Notes: generated by a model from the sequence alone, not told the origin. Counted from the first letter of the stretch, positions 25,908 to 44,207 are shown. The stretch is DNA of 64,000 nt from Selaginella moellendorffii (GCF_000143415.4 NW_003314273.1:1002074-1066073); one strand, 5' to 3'. Numbers and translations are program-made.

Positions 25908-25991
25908 CAGAAGTTGCGCTCCCTCTCAAAGTCGTTTCAATTTAGAACTTCGTTTCTAGGGCTCTTTCTCATTCCGGCTCATTCCGTGGCT

Positions 25992-26943
25992 ATGGCGAGC
26001 GGCGGCTCCACTGCGCGCAAGGGCGTGGTAAAGCTCTTGAGCGCCACCAAGAGCAGCGTGTCAGCGCTCTCCAAAGGCATTTCTAAAGCTCGCAAGGACT
26101 ACGCCAACAAGCACGAAGACGATGTGTTGGCGGACATCCGCCAAACAGGCGTCAGTGTTGTGGATCTCGTCTTTCAAGGTACTACTAACGATCTCTTGAG
26201 AAGTTCTATATATCAGATCTTTGTTTTGCTTCTCCAGCGCTGCGAAGGATCTACTTCCTCTACATGGCTGGATACAAGAGCGAGCTCGTTGCTGCGGCAG
26301 TGGAAGCTGGAAAGCGGCTGGTTAGTTTTAAGTTGTAGCTAGAAACTGTTTGACGCAAGCAGCACTAGACCGAAGCGGACAGTAGCAGCGTCCCTCTCGA
26401 TGCGGTGATGGTCTTCGAGAACACGCTGCGTGAGGAGGCTCGGAAGTATGGAAACTTTGACAAGGAGAACTCCATCTCCATCCAGAGTTTCGTCAACCGG
26501 AGCCGGGCAGGCAAAGAGCACAGTGACAGGACTTCGGTTGCTCACGACATTTACTACGCTGTTCTAGCAACAGCACGGGTACAAACGAAGCTAGTCTGCC
26601 TTCTCACGAATCAAACATTTCATGACTGCAGGCTTATGGATCGGAGTGGGACAAAGTGGAGCAAGTTTTTAGAGATGCTAGCTCTCGCGTGATTGGAAAT
26701 GCAATTCATGCCACAGACGATACCAAAGACGCGAGGTCTGGGCTTTGTTTTTCTTGTGTAACTTAACGCTTGCTTTCTCTCTTTTGGGCGCGAAGGTCCA
26801 AGGCTGCAAAGGCTCTCTTCATTTTTGGGTGTGAGATCAAAGCTAAAGTCGAGGAGGCATCGTCGAGGCGGCAGAAGGTTGTCCGAGACGCCGAAAACGT
26901 TCTCCGAAAGGAGCAAGAAAGGCTGCAAAAGCTCTCCGTTTAA
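25992..26943 (+). CDS. Hypothetical protein (~5 exons, helical/coiled-coil C-terminus)
   Basis: ATG at 25992; short gt-ag introns give a plausible continuous frame ending ...ENVLRKEQERLQKLSV*; no family recognised. Confidence 0.6.
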
Positions 26944-27095
26944 ATTCGAAAGAAAGTGGTATATTCCTAGCCAGTGGCATATGCTTGAGCATGTTTTTTC
27001 GATTCGCGGAATCATTTTCTGGTTCGTTTTCTTCTAGGGCTTAGCTATGTTGGAATGAAGCAGCGATCGCTTGGCATCGCTGTGTTGTGGCGCAG

Positions 27096-30000
27096 ATGGC
27101 GGGCTGGATGGGGGCGATCCACCGGCAGCTGGATTCATGGCAGCGCCTGCAATCCCAATGGCAGCAGTGGCCGCCATGGCCGCTCCAGTTCACCTGGAAA
27201 TGGCCGTGGCAAGATGGGGAGCGCGAGAGGAAGCGGCTCAAGGAGGAGTGTGAGCGGCGGCGTGCCCAAGTGGAGACGCTGTGCAAGACTGTCAAGGCGG
27301 ATACCCTAGCCGAGTTGCAGGAGCTGCTGGGAGCCATGGTGCTCTCGGAATGCGTCTACAAGGTGCTTTTTTTTTGCTCTCCTTTTCTGAGATAGATTTT
27401 TCTTTCGTGTCCTTGTGATCTAGAAACCTGATCACGACGTGGTACGAGCAGTGAACAAGTTCAAGGCTGATTTTGGTGGGCAATTGGTGTCGCTGGATGG
27501 AGTCCAAGCTTCTTTGGATCACGTCCCTCACCGGTTAGCAAGAACAAGCTTATTCTTTATTTTTTTCTTTTCGTACTGCTGGCTACAACTTCTCTCGGCC
27601 ATTATCTTACAGGTATTTATTGGCGGAAGGAAAGGACACGCTCTACGCTTCTTTCGTGGGAACCAACCATTACAAGTGAGCATGCTTCAAGTACTATACA
27701 CTAGCTTTGATGTTTCTCATACAACAAATAATCTGTTGATAAGGAACTTATGTATACAGGGATGTCATTGCCGATGCAAATGTGTTGCAGGGAGCAATCT
27801 TTCATGAAGAAGATCTGGCGAGTTTGACTGGCGATGAGGAAGCGAATGAAGCGGAGCCTGTTGTTAAAGGACTTGGGGCGGACGCATCACCGTTGGTGAA
27901 GCAACAAAAGTTCAGCCCAAAGCCAGCTGCGCACAAGGTTAGCAAGTTTCGCGTTTCTCTTTTCCGTAGCATAGGCGAACATTCAACCTTGCAGGGATTT
28001 TTAGGCCGTGCGAAAGGGATCCCGGCTGTAGAAATCTACCGACTTGCCCAGGAGAAAGATAAAAAACTTGTTTTGTGTGGCCATTCATTAGGAGGAGCTG
28101 TAAGTTCTCTGTCTTTCTTTTGTTACAACTAATGTGTTACGTTTCATTTAGGTCGCTGTCTTAACCACGCTTGCGATTTTGAGAGTATTTTCATCGCGAA
28201 ATGGTGGAAAGCTTAATGTTAAATGTATAACTTTTTCCCAACCTCCAGTTGGGAATCGTGCACTTCGAGAGTGAGTCTCTAGCTGTAGCTTCAATTTGGT
28301 GTCTGATCTTTCTTGTGTTTCGTTTCAGCTATGTTCATCGAAGTGGATGGCAACAACATTTTCACACTTATTGCATTCCTGAAGATGTTGTCCCTCGTAT
28401 ACTGTCACCAGCGTATTTCCAGCATTACCATGAAGCTGGTCAAGAACAAGTTCCCGTAAGAGCTGAACCGGATTTGAAAAAGTCCGCTGGCAACGAACGT
28501 ATGGCACTGGGCTTAGGACCAGTTCAAACGTCACTTTGGCGGTTGTCAAGGCTGGTTCCCCTGGTTAGCGCTCAAAATACGTTGCAGTGGCTGAAGGGCA
28601 AGAAAAAAAGCGTAGCCCTTGCTGCTGCACCACCCTCTATGGAGACGAAAGCAGGAGATGATTCACGACTTGTAGAGCCGCTTGAAATTCGAGAAGGGAC
28701 AGAAGGCGTCTCTCTTGTTCCTCTTCGTCCAGACGATTCTCCTTCTACTGAAGGAAAATCTGCTGCCAGCAAGCAGCCCGATTGGCGGAAACGAGTACTT
28801 CCTCTGCCATCATACATACCGTTTGGGCAGGTTTTTTTGTTGTTCCTTTCTACTTTCTCTTTTGGCTGAACTTTTGGAGTTTTTGCAGCTTTATTTGTTG
28901 CAGAAGCTATCTGTGGAACCCTTATCTGCTTCTGAATACACACGTCTGACTTCGGTATGTTACTCGCTTTTCCTTCTTGACAATGCCTTTAAACAGTATC
29001 GACTTTTAGGTGCAATCGGTGCTATTGGAATTGCGAGATCGTTTTCAGTCACATACCATGAAGTCATACCGCACCCGGTTCCAAAAGTACGCCATTCCGA
29101 TGCATGATCGTACGAGCTTACATGCAATTCTGTTACAGAATCTTCGAACATTGTCTGGGTCCAGAAGCACCATCTCCAGTCTTTATGATGGAGCACCTTC
29201 CTCACTTGCCTCACTTGCGGCAATGGCTAGGTGTTGATGGAGCTGGCATGGCAGAGCTAAGAAAAATCGCAGGACCTTTAATCATCCGGACAGCTACTTC
29301 TCTTGTTCCTCTCGGTTGGCGGGGATCTCCGGGGGAGAAAGGATGTGAACCTCTAAAAGTGGATGTGCAAGGATATGGTTTACATCTTTGCACTCTTGTG
29401 CGTGCACAAGTGAATGGCCGCTGGTAATTATCTTCGTCTTCAGTTCTCTTCGGGTAATGGTTTTCTGTGCAGGTGTGCTACAAAAATTGAAAGCTCACCT
29501 GTTCCACCAACACCATTTCCGGTGGTCGAGGAAACAGGATTGCAGACAATGAGAATACGCATTGGTGCACCACTCTCCGCAAAACCTGATGTAGAAGAGG
29601 CTGCCGTGGACAGTGAGGGTGTGAAGACCGTCAATATTCCTGTGGAAGGTCTAAGTCAAGTTACTATACAATGTAGCACTGACTTTGTGACGTCTTCGAA
29701 GAGCGTGTCTATGAAACTAAGACGGGTACGACTTTTGGGATTGGAGGTAAATCACGTAGTTTTCGATTCTGTTCACTTGTGTTATTAATCAAGTGGCACG
29801 ACAGGGTGCTGGAAAGACATCTCTATATTATGCACTGATGGGCCAGGGTGGTGGTGTTAGCATGAACACTGATACCGACGGCTTTTTTCCAGACATGGAG
29901 TGGCGTGAAGGCGTTTCATGCGGTGTAGGATATGTAGATGCGGCAGGCGTTAACTTGCAGGTAAAAGTTTCTTCCTTGCTTGGCTTTGATTGGTTTACCG

Positions 30001-30791
30001 ATTGGTTCCATGCAGGACCTGTCATACGAATCAGAACAGCTGAAGAATGAGTTGTCGAGAGCGGATCCGTATAAAAGCCTTGACTTGGTAGTTCTTGTGC
30101 ACAATCTGGCTCACAAGATTCCCAGGCTGCGACAACAGGCTGTCGATCACTCTCGACCAGCTCTCGGCACCCTCCTGGACGAGATCACTACTGCTGATGT
30201 CCCTTTCGTTTTAGCTCTCACGAACAAGTTCGCTGTGAGTGCCGACCGGCGTCAGCTTGCAAGCGTTGCAGCCATGGATGCGTACAAGTCCACTCCCGAC
30301 TTGACAGTGGTTGTCAACTCGTGCCCCTACACTGTTCACGGCCGTGGTGGAACGTCCGAGAGCCTATTGCAAAGCAACTCTGGTGGTGACAAAGTCCCAG
30401 GAACGGCGCAGAGAATAATCTCCGCTCCCATAAACCTCGTCCAGATGCCATTTCGAAGGAAGGAGGAGGTCCTTCCAGTTGAAGGCGTGAAGAACTTACG
30501 AGCTCTCGTGCATCGTGTCTTGCTGACGAGAGAAGAAGCCGCTTTCGAGGTTTGTAGCTTCTTCGTTTTTGGTTTTCTAACTTCGCCGCGGCTGTGTTTA
30601 CCTCTCAGGAGCTTCAAAGAGCGACGCTGGAAGAGCAAGTGAGAAGAGAAGTTCCTCAGCAAAGGATTGGTTTTGTTCATGGAAAATCTGGGAATGGCAC
30701 TGCCGCAGCGCTGGGAGCTGCGCTCGGCGCTGGATTTGGAGTTGTAGTGGCGATCGTCGTGGGAGCATCCGCAGCGCTTGGCAAACCATAA
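27096..30791 (+). CDS. Lipase class 3 family protein with C-terminal P-loop domain and TM anchor; multi-exon
   Basis: LVLCGHSLGGAV nucleophile elbow, CITFSQPPVGN, EDVVPRILSPAYF; later LLGLE|GAGKTSL, LTNKF and a hydrophobic C-terminus. Alternative ATG at 27108. Confidence 0.92.
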
Positions 30792-30922
30792 AGGATTTGA
30801 CGAACAAACAACAAACTCTCTTTGTTGTTTGAAAGTCACCAATCGTTGATTTATAAACAAGGTTACATAATATTTCTAGCTCTATTTGGATGTGAGCTCA
30901 GAGCTTAGGGCTTGTTGGAGCC

Positions 30923-32513
30923 ATGGAAGCGCTATCGTGTCTTCCAGCTTCATCTTCCTCTCGCGGCAGATGTGGAGCCGCTTGCTCCAGCGCCAATCCG
31001 GTAAGCGATTGAATCGATCATCGAGTGAATGCCAATAGATTGAGAATTGTGGCAACATACAGAGAATACGATCGCAGTGGCAGATGTCTCTGGGGAGGAG
31101 ACCCCGGCATCAAGTAAATTTTGCTCGATCCTTGTGTCTAGATGAGGTAGAGAGCCCGCATTTTTGGATATTTTGCTCCAATTTTGTTGTGTGTGTAGGA
31201 AATCGGTGCCGAGTATGGCGAGGGCTTTTCCGGCTATAGGCCGCGGGCACCTCTTCATGTGGATGTGGTTAGGAGCTCCCTCTTGAGTTTTTTCTTTGTG
31301 ATGTTTCTTCAGCAGCTCTTTCGTGAGCTTTGTGCAGGATTATTTGAATGATAGGATGCAAGAGAGAGGTCTCCAAAGGATAAAGTACGCATTAAAACCA
31401 GACCAGGCATTCGGACTTATATATTCCTGGGACAATGTTTTGGTATGTATGATTTTGTTTCCATTTTTTTTTTCACGTTACTTTTCTGTTTTTACAGGCA
31501 GATACGAGAAGTGTTAGACTAAGAGCTTGGGAAAGACTTGCGCAGGAGGAAGGTCTCTTTTTTCATATCGATTTTTTGTTTTCACCACAACGGCTTTTTT
31601 GCAGGAAAAATTATTGGAGATGATCCGGAGAAGCGGCGATTGATTGTTTGTAATAGCGCCAAGCGTGTCCTGGAAAGGGTGGGTTAAAGGAAAAATGTCT
31701 GACGAGGTGAAATGTAACTTTGTTTTCCCAGCTAGCTTGGGCGGCGCATGGCGATGATATATGGCGATTGATGAATCGGCTATCAGAAATATACTGTGAA
31801 GAGCTATCCAAGGTTCGCAGTTTGTCATGAAACGGAATGAGAACACCGTGCTTGTTTGCAGGTTGAGGCAATGGCTGGCCTACGAGAATGGCTGGCAGCT
31901 CTTTATTCAGCGGGAGTTCCTTGTGCTGTTGCGTCCACATTGGATCGGATTAGCTTGTTGGATGCACTCGTCAGAATGGGTCTCGACAAGTACTTCCAGG
32001 TGAGTGAGGCCTTTTAGACAAGACGTGCATGGTTTTAATACAATCGTTGTTGAGTCCAGGCAGTTGTCACAGAAGAGGATGGAATGGACTCCATCGCGCA
32101 CAAGTTTCTGTCGGCTGCTGTGAAGGTACTTAAAACCGCTTCAGTTTCCATATTATGAAGTTATTTCTTTGCAGCTGGACAGGCCCCCAGCAAAATGTGT
32201 TGTTTTTGAAGACGATCCAAGGGGAATCACCGCTGCTCATAACTGTACCATGAAAGCTGTCGCACTGATTGGTCCGCATCCCGCGTAAGTTGAAAGTTCT
32301 TATTTCCTTGCATACATGTATCTCACTGGTCGACTCGTGTAAATCAGCTACGAGCTGACTCAAGCAGATCTTGCAGTGAGCAGCTTCAACGAACTGTCAA
32401 TTATCAACCTCCGCAGGCTGTTTGCAAACAAGGGATCTGAATTCATGGACTTGCAAAAACAAAACGTGGGAAAGAATGTCCAGCGGAGGAGGGTCACCGT
32501 AGACACGTTCTGA
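30923..32513 (+). CDS. Plastid-type HAD-like hydrolase (PyrP2-related family); multi-exon
   Basis: EEIGAEYGEGFSGYRPR.PL.VDV, LKPDQAFGLIYSWDNVL, CVVFEDDPRGITAAHNCTMKAVALIG, DLAV..FNELSIINLRRLFA. Confidence 0.9.
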
Positions 32514-32617
32514 AATCTAGACTAACCTCGCCCCTGCTTTTGTGCATGACGAGATGAGTGTATACTAATGTAATCTTTGTTTAACTGCTTTGTACCTATC
32601 TCGCTAGGAAAGCGGCT

Positions 32618-34509
32618 ATGGCGAGCTTGGGCCTGCCTTCTTCATCATCGTTTACGGTTGGGTCCTCGCGATCGCTTCCAGGTACTTTGGGTTTTCAAAT
32701 GCTGAGCTTTGCTAATTGAAGACTTTCTCAGGTAGACGAGTGTTGATTGAATTCGGAGGAGCCTGGACGAGACAAGGGGTCGGGCTTCGTCTGCGTTCCA
32801 AAGGGTCATTTGTTGTCTACTCGGTTGCGGCTACAAAGGAAGTGGTCCCTGCAAACCTGGAGAAAGAACCACACAAGTATTTCGACCAAGTAACTATCAT
32901 CGTGCGTTCCGGTGATGGAGGTGATGGAGCCATCCTCAGCATGCCAAAGCCTCCCGCGGATAAGGAGGAGGCGAAGAAGAGAAAGAAGCTCAACTGGGGA
33001 CCTCTTCGCAAGGCTCCAGACGGCTCGATTTTACTCCCAATGGGTGGTCATGGTGGTGACGTCGTGATTGCTGCCGACGAGACTGCGGACTCGCTCCTTG
33101 AGTTTCATAAGAAGAAGAGATACAATGCGAGGCGGGGCTCCGATGTGGGTGCAGTGAAAATCTTGACTCCCAGACTCCGCGATGCTGGTGCTGCTCCAAC
33201 TCTTAAGCTCTACGTGCCTGTTGGTAAGGAAAGCTATCTATGGTTTTCTAGTGTTCATTTTTTTCTTTTTTATTTTTCAGGGACTGTTGTGAAGCAGAAA
33301 ACAGGCTCCAAGCTCTTGGCCGACTTAACCAAACCAGGAGACAAAATTCTTGTAGCTCGTGGAGGCCGTGGAGGAGTGAGTTTTTCCATTTTCTCATCTT
33401 TCTTATGTTTACGTGCACCTTTAGATGAGCATGTTGAACAACCCGGTCAGCAGGAAAGTACCACAAAAGTTAATAGCACCAATCGTGACTGATCCAAGGG
33501 ACAAGGTCTGTCATTCTATGCAATCTCCAGCTTGAGCTAACTATCGTGCAGACGCTGATAAAAGGTGTCCCAGGTGAAGAGCTTGTTCTGGAGCTGACAC
33601 TACGAGTCGTTGCTGATATTGGACTAGTGGTAATAAATTTCATGGTTTACGAGCACTGTTTTTAAGTCGGAATTTCCTTTCCAAGGGACTGCCAAACGCA
33701 GGGAAGTCTTCACTACTAGCTGCAGTGTCGCAAGCTAGGCCAGACATTGCAGCATATCCATTTACAACTTTGATGCCAAACCTTGGAAGACTTCAAGGCG
33801 ATCCCGAGACACCTGATGGAGGTTTGTGCGGTGGAGCAACGATGGCGGACCTTCCGGGGCTGATTAAAGATGCACACCTTGGTAAAGTACGAAGCTCAAA
33901 ACATCTCTTTCCTTGGGTTGTTTCACCGAGTGATGTGCAAACAGGGACTTGGACGCATGTTTTTACGCCACTTACGAAGGACAAGGTTGATTCTTCATGT
34001 GGTGGACGCTTCAGCTGACAATCCCGTGGAGGACTACAAAGTCCTCTGTGAGGTACACGAGTGGTGCTTGCTAGCAACTTGACGAGCAATACTTTTTCAT
34101 TGCAGGAGCTTCGCATGTATAATCCGGAGTACTTGGACAGACCTCACATTGTTGTGCTGAACAAGCTCGACTTGATACAAGTAACTCCTTTCTATTCTCT
34201 TGTTCCAGCCGTAAAAACACATGCTGGCTCTACAGGAAAAGGGACGTGTAGAAGCGATCAAGCAACGAATTCTGGAAGTACCAGATGTCCCAAGCATGCA
34301 AGATGATGATCAAACTGCCAGAAGTTATCCTCGAGCAGCGGCTGTTGTTGGCATCAGTGCACTGTAAGCAAGAATGAACTGCTCAAAGACGTGCTCAAAG
34401 TTTTTATTTTTCTTTTTTCAGGAAACGAGAAGGCATCAGTAATGTGCTCAAACAAGTCCGGCGTATACTAAAAATTTTGGAACAAGCCGAGGAAGGAGAT
34501 CAAGCATAG
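32618..34509 (+). CDS. Obg-family GTPase (ObgC2-like, organellar); multi-exon
   Basis: [59 protein letters not shown]; stop TAG at 34507-34509. Confidence 0.93.
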
Positions 34510-35722
34510 AGATCGATCCCCCAGAACCTTGCAGGCTGGTTGCTTCGGAGCTTCTTGTCCACCTGACTGATCTTCTTTATTTCTTCGTCAGAGAGCTGGA
34601 AATCAAAGATGTCGATGTTCTCTTCCAAACGCTTGGCCTTGCTCGACTTCGGTATCACGCTTGTGTTCCTCTGAAGACCCCATCGCAGCATAACTTGGGC
34701 CGGAGTCTTTTCATACTTCTTTGCCAGTTCCTGAAACACACAAAGTTTGTAACTTGGAAGAAAGAATGGAACAAAGGTTTGCTTTTTTTTCACATACCAG
34801 GAAGAGCGGATCTTCCAGAGGACTTTTGTATCCAAACCACTCCTCGTTTGCAGCGCCGCCACCAAGAGGAGTGTGGGCAGTGACAACAATGCCGTGCTTC
34901 TGGCAAAATTTGACAAGATCGTGCCTCTGGAAGTAAGGATGGGTCTCGATCTGGTTCACTGCCGGCTTGATCTTGGAGTAGGCCAGACAGTCCGCCGTCA
35001 AAAATATGTCATAGTTGCTGCAAAATGATCCAGCGTGAGTTACTCATGGCGCAAGGATCACACACCTTATCCCAATGCTGCGAACGATACCAGCTTCCAC
35101 AAGCTCCTCCATGGCGTGCCAGGTAGATTGCAAAGAAATGGTCACGTCGATTTCCAGCATGCCATCCTCGCCTACTGCACTGCCCGTCGTCCCAACACCT
35201 ACATACATACACGATTCGCATACGGAAATTCACGCAAAGCATCCATCTTGCCTGTGTGCTTTGTCGCCACCGGGAAATGTATGAGGTAAAGATCCAAATA
35301 GTCCAGCTGCAGCTTCTTCAAGCTATCCAGACACGCTTCTTTCACATGCCCGTGATCGGAGTTCCACAGCTGCGGCAAACAAAGAGAGTTAAGAAATACA
35401 GCGCTCGAGCTCTTCCTTCCCACCTTGGTTGTGATGAAAACATCCTCCCGCTTGACAAGCCCCTGCTTGAACGCGAGCGCCAGAGCTTCGCCAACCTCGG
35501 CCTCGTTCTTGTAGTCGGCTGCCAGGGCGAGACATTTGAGAAACAGGCCTAGCTTCTTCCACAAAGAGAAAATGACTGACCAGCGCAATCGAAATGGCGA
35601 TACCCCAGCTCCAGCGCCCGCGGGATGATCTCCTTGAGCACCTCCGGCTCCGCTCGCCACACGCCCAACCCCAATGCCGGCATCTTGTGGCCGCTGCTCA
35701 GCTCCATCACCGCTCCAGCCAT
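34500..35722 (-). CDS. Aldo-keto reductase (mannose-6-P reductase / sorbitol-6-P dehydrogenase type); multi-exon
   Basis: [65 protein letters not shown]. Confidence 0.95.
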
Positions 35723-36038
35723 CACTCGAGCCCTACAAACAAACACCGCAGCTTTATAGTGGTGTTTTGTTTATATCGCCGGCTAACTATTGAGGAGGCA
35801 CAAACCCACATTTCTTTGTCCGCCACCCTGTGTGTGCCTTGCGACACTCTTTTATATATTTCCCGTCAGCTAGTATACAAGGAGGAGATCACAGCTCCCA
35901 AGAATCTCTTTCTTCCAGCGAATGAATGGGAGAGTAAAACAATGACAAATCGACGAACTCCACGATCAGAGGAAGAAACATTACCTCGCATGTGTAAAAA
36001 AGTTGGCGACTTGTTTCCTTTTGTGTGTTGTGTGTTCT

Positions 36039-41075
<5,037 letters not shown>

Positions 41076-41395
41076 GTCTGGCTTGTCTAGGCAGCCTCTC
41101 CTACGCGCCCCCAATCGATCCAACCCTGCGCCCCATCAAACCCTGATTTCACCCGCTGTGCTTGCTGCCCCAGGGATGAGCGCCTCCAACGCCGCCGCGC
41201 CCACTGCCATGGACGCTCCAGCTCCGCCCACTCCAGCTCACCCCCAGCCCTAGCGGCCTCCTCTGCTTTCCTCTGCTCGTGACGGCCGCGACGGCCTGTG
41301 AAGGGCAGTTTGAGATATTTCTTTTCTCCAGGGCTTGAGCTGGACAGGAGTCGAACCCGTGGTCTAGGGCTTTTAGGGGTCTGCCAGTGGCAGCC

Positions 41396-42479
41396 ATGGG
41401 GAAGGCGCCGAAGCCGCCCAAATTCGCACAGATGAAATCTATGGTCAAGCCGAAAGCGATTCGCAAGTAAGTGAGATCCTGGAACTCGCAGCTCGCCTGA
41501 GAGGATTGAGCTTACACATTTCTTCCTCACAGGTACAAGGAAGAAGTGCTCAATCCATTCAAGAAGGACAAGGACAAGGCGAAGGAGAAACTCGTCAAAA
41601 ATGTGTAAGCTCTCACTTCTTTCACGACTCGAGGATTTCTACTCGTTTTTTTTCCTCTTTGCTATCGCTGCAGTCCAAATGTGTCGTCCGCTCTGTTTTT
41701 TAAATACAATACAGCGCTTGGACCACCTTACCATGTGCTTGTCGACACAAATTTTATAAACTTCTCTATCCAGAACAAGGTAGTCCCGCATTCTTCCTTT
41801 GCTCACTTCACATTTGTTCCTGTGTTTGTTGTTCCTTCGCAGCTGGACCTTGAAAAGGCGATGATGGACTGCCTATACGCAAAATGTGAGACTGGATCAT
41901 GCATACTTTAGCCTGTTCTCCAAACTCATGGTTTTAACTCCAAGGTACTCCGTGCATTACCGACTGTGTCATGGCAGAACTTGAGAAGCTTGGCACTAAA
42001 TACCGCGTGGCGCTCAAGTAAGTGGAACTTAACTTTGTAGTATTTTCCAGCTGAGGCTTGATTTGTAGGATTGCCAAGGATCCAAAGTTCAAAAGGATAC
42101 CTTGTACGCATCCAGGAACTTATGCCGACGACTGTTTGGTTGAGCGTGTGACTCAGGTATGCGGACTCCTTTTTATCTTTTTTTTTTTGTGTCCAAGGCC
42201 CGACGGTTGCTTTTTTGGTGGTGAATGACAGCACAAATGCTACATTGTAGCGACATGCGATCGTGATCTCAAGCGGCGTATTCGGAAGGTGAGGCATTGC
42301 AATCGAAAATGCTTTACTAAACGTAAACGCTGTAGATTCCTGGCGTGCCTATAATGTTCATCACTCAGCATAAGTACTCAATAGAGAGATTGCCCGAGGC
42401 CACCATTGGAGGAGGTAACGAGAAAGCCTTTTCTATTCTATTCTCATCTCACGTACTTTGTGCAGCTCCGAGAACGTAA
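41396..42479 (+). CDS. FCF1: rRNA-processing PIN-domain protein FCF1/UTP24; ~9 exons
   Basis: [73 protein letters not shown]. Confidence 0.96.
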
Positions 42480-42807
42480 TAATGGCCATCATCGGCTTTT
42501 CCTTGCGGATGTTTCATCGTCAGAATTTTGTATCCGGGTTCCAGTTTTTCTTTACTGCGTTGTGTTAGGTTACCATCCATGACAATGTGTAAGATGTCGC
42601 GGGAGCTGAACCGAAAGCAGATCAAGCAGTCATTGCTCAAGTGATCACTTTTTTTGTTCAAGTTGAGCTAGGTGTGTGTGATCGTGATCGGAATAATAGA
42701 ACATGAGAAAGATTGATGGCCCGCAGCTAGACGCTCCAGGAGAATGTCAAACGTTTGGCTTGGTCAGAGATAAGTTTTCGTATTCGTTTTCTCATTCGAC
42801 TTTTTTG

Positions 42808-44207
42808 TTACCATTTTTCAAGGGGATCATCGCTCCGGCTGCTCCAGTTGCGTTCCATTGACAGCTGAAATTGCTCAAGAGTTTCAACGAGCTGCTCAAA
42901 GTCAGGGCGCGCGTGCGGATCCAGAGACCAGCACCTTTGCATGAGCTGACTTAAAACAGATGGACAATCACGCGGCACCTCCGGTCTTGCGTTCTGCAAG
43001 AAAGTAAATGAGATATGGCTCTCGACAAGGAAAGCAAGACACCAGCAATGTACCTTGTTGACAACTGCAAAGGCAGCTTGAACTGGAGTCATGTCTTGGA
43101 AAGGAGTCTGGCGTGTGAGCAGCTCCCACAGCACAATGGCGAAGCTGTAGGCATCCACCTTGCGCGAGTGGGCCTTTCCGTTGACGAGCTCGGGGGCCAT
43201 CCATCGGAAGGTGCCAACATCGGAGGTGACGCTGTCGCCACACTCGGACTCGAGGGCCGCGACGCCAAAGTCCGTTATCTTGACGTTGAATTCGTCGTCG
43301 AGTATCAGATTCGCGGATTTGAGATCCCGGTGGACCACCCCTTGCGAGTGCAAGTATCGGATCCCCCGCGCGATGTCCAGGGCCATGTCCACCACCATCC
43401 GGAGCGGCAGCGCCGCGCCTCCGTTGGAGCGGAGGAAGTCCTTGAGCGAGCCTCCAGCCAGGTACTCGGTCACGACGCAACACACGGGCGGCCTCTTCCA
43501 TGCGCCTACGAGCTGCGTTCTAGTGTAAGAATGGAGAATGGAGAGAGAGGCATCATACAAACTCCAAGGCCTCTCACCTGGACAACGTTTGGATGGCGGA
43601 GCCTCGAGAGTAGGGAAACCTCCCGCGCGAAGAGCTTGTCCAGGGTCGTGGTACCAATGGTGGCGGACTCGCAGCCTTGTGGGTGCCGGGTGACTTTAAC
43701 AGCCACGGCCTTGCCTTGGTAGATGCCATGGTAGAGGCGGCTGTGCGCGCCGGATGCAAACCTCGGACCCAGCAGCAGCTTGGACAGATCAATCATCCAC
43801 TCCTCAGCGGCCTCCACGGCCTGCTCGTCGCCCCGGGGCTCCAGGTAGCGCGACCACGACACGAGGCGCCGGAGCTCTCGCTTGGGCTGATGCTCGCCGC
43901 ATGGCAATGCAGCCGACGGCGATGAACACTTACCGTCGTCGCTGCCCAGCACAGGCAGTGGACCCGAGAGGGACTTGGCATAGCTCGCTTTTGGGAGACT
44001 GTGCCGACGATCTGATTGGGTGCGCACCGGAGGTGGAGTCCCTGGCGCTGGAGCTGGAGGGGCTGGAGCTGCTGCCACGGAGCTCATCTTTGACTTGCTC
44101 CTGGGGCTCTCCTCCCCGTGGCCTTCCTCCTCGTCCCTGGACAAGCTCAGCAGATCCATGCGGTGGCAAACGGAGCGAGAGAATCTGTAGCGGCTCAATT
44201 CACCCAT
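42808..44207 (-). CDS. Raf-like (group C, Raf36/HT1-related) Ser/Thr kinase; 3 exons
   Basis: EEWMIDLSKLLLG.RFASGAHSRLYHG, HRDLKSAN, DFG, GTFRWMAPE; N-terminal RFSRSVCHR. Confidence 0.93.
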
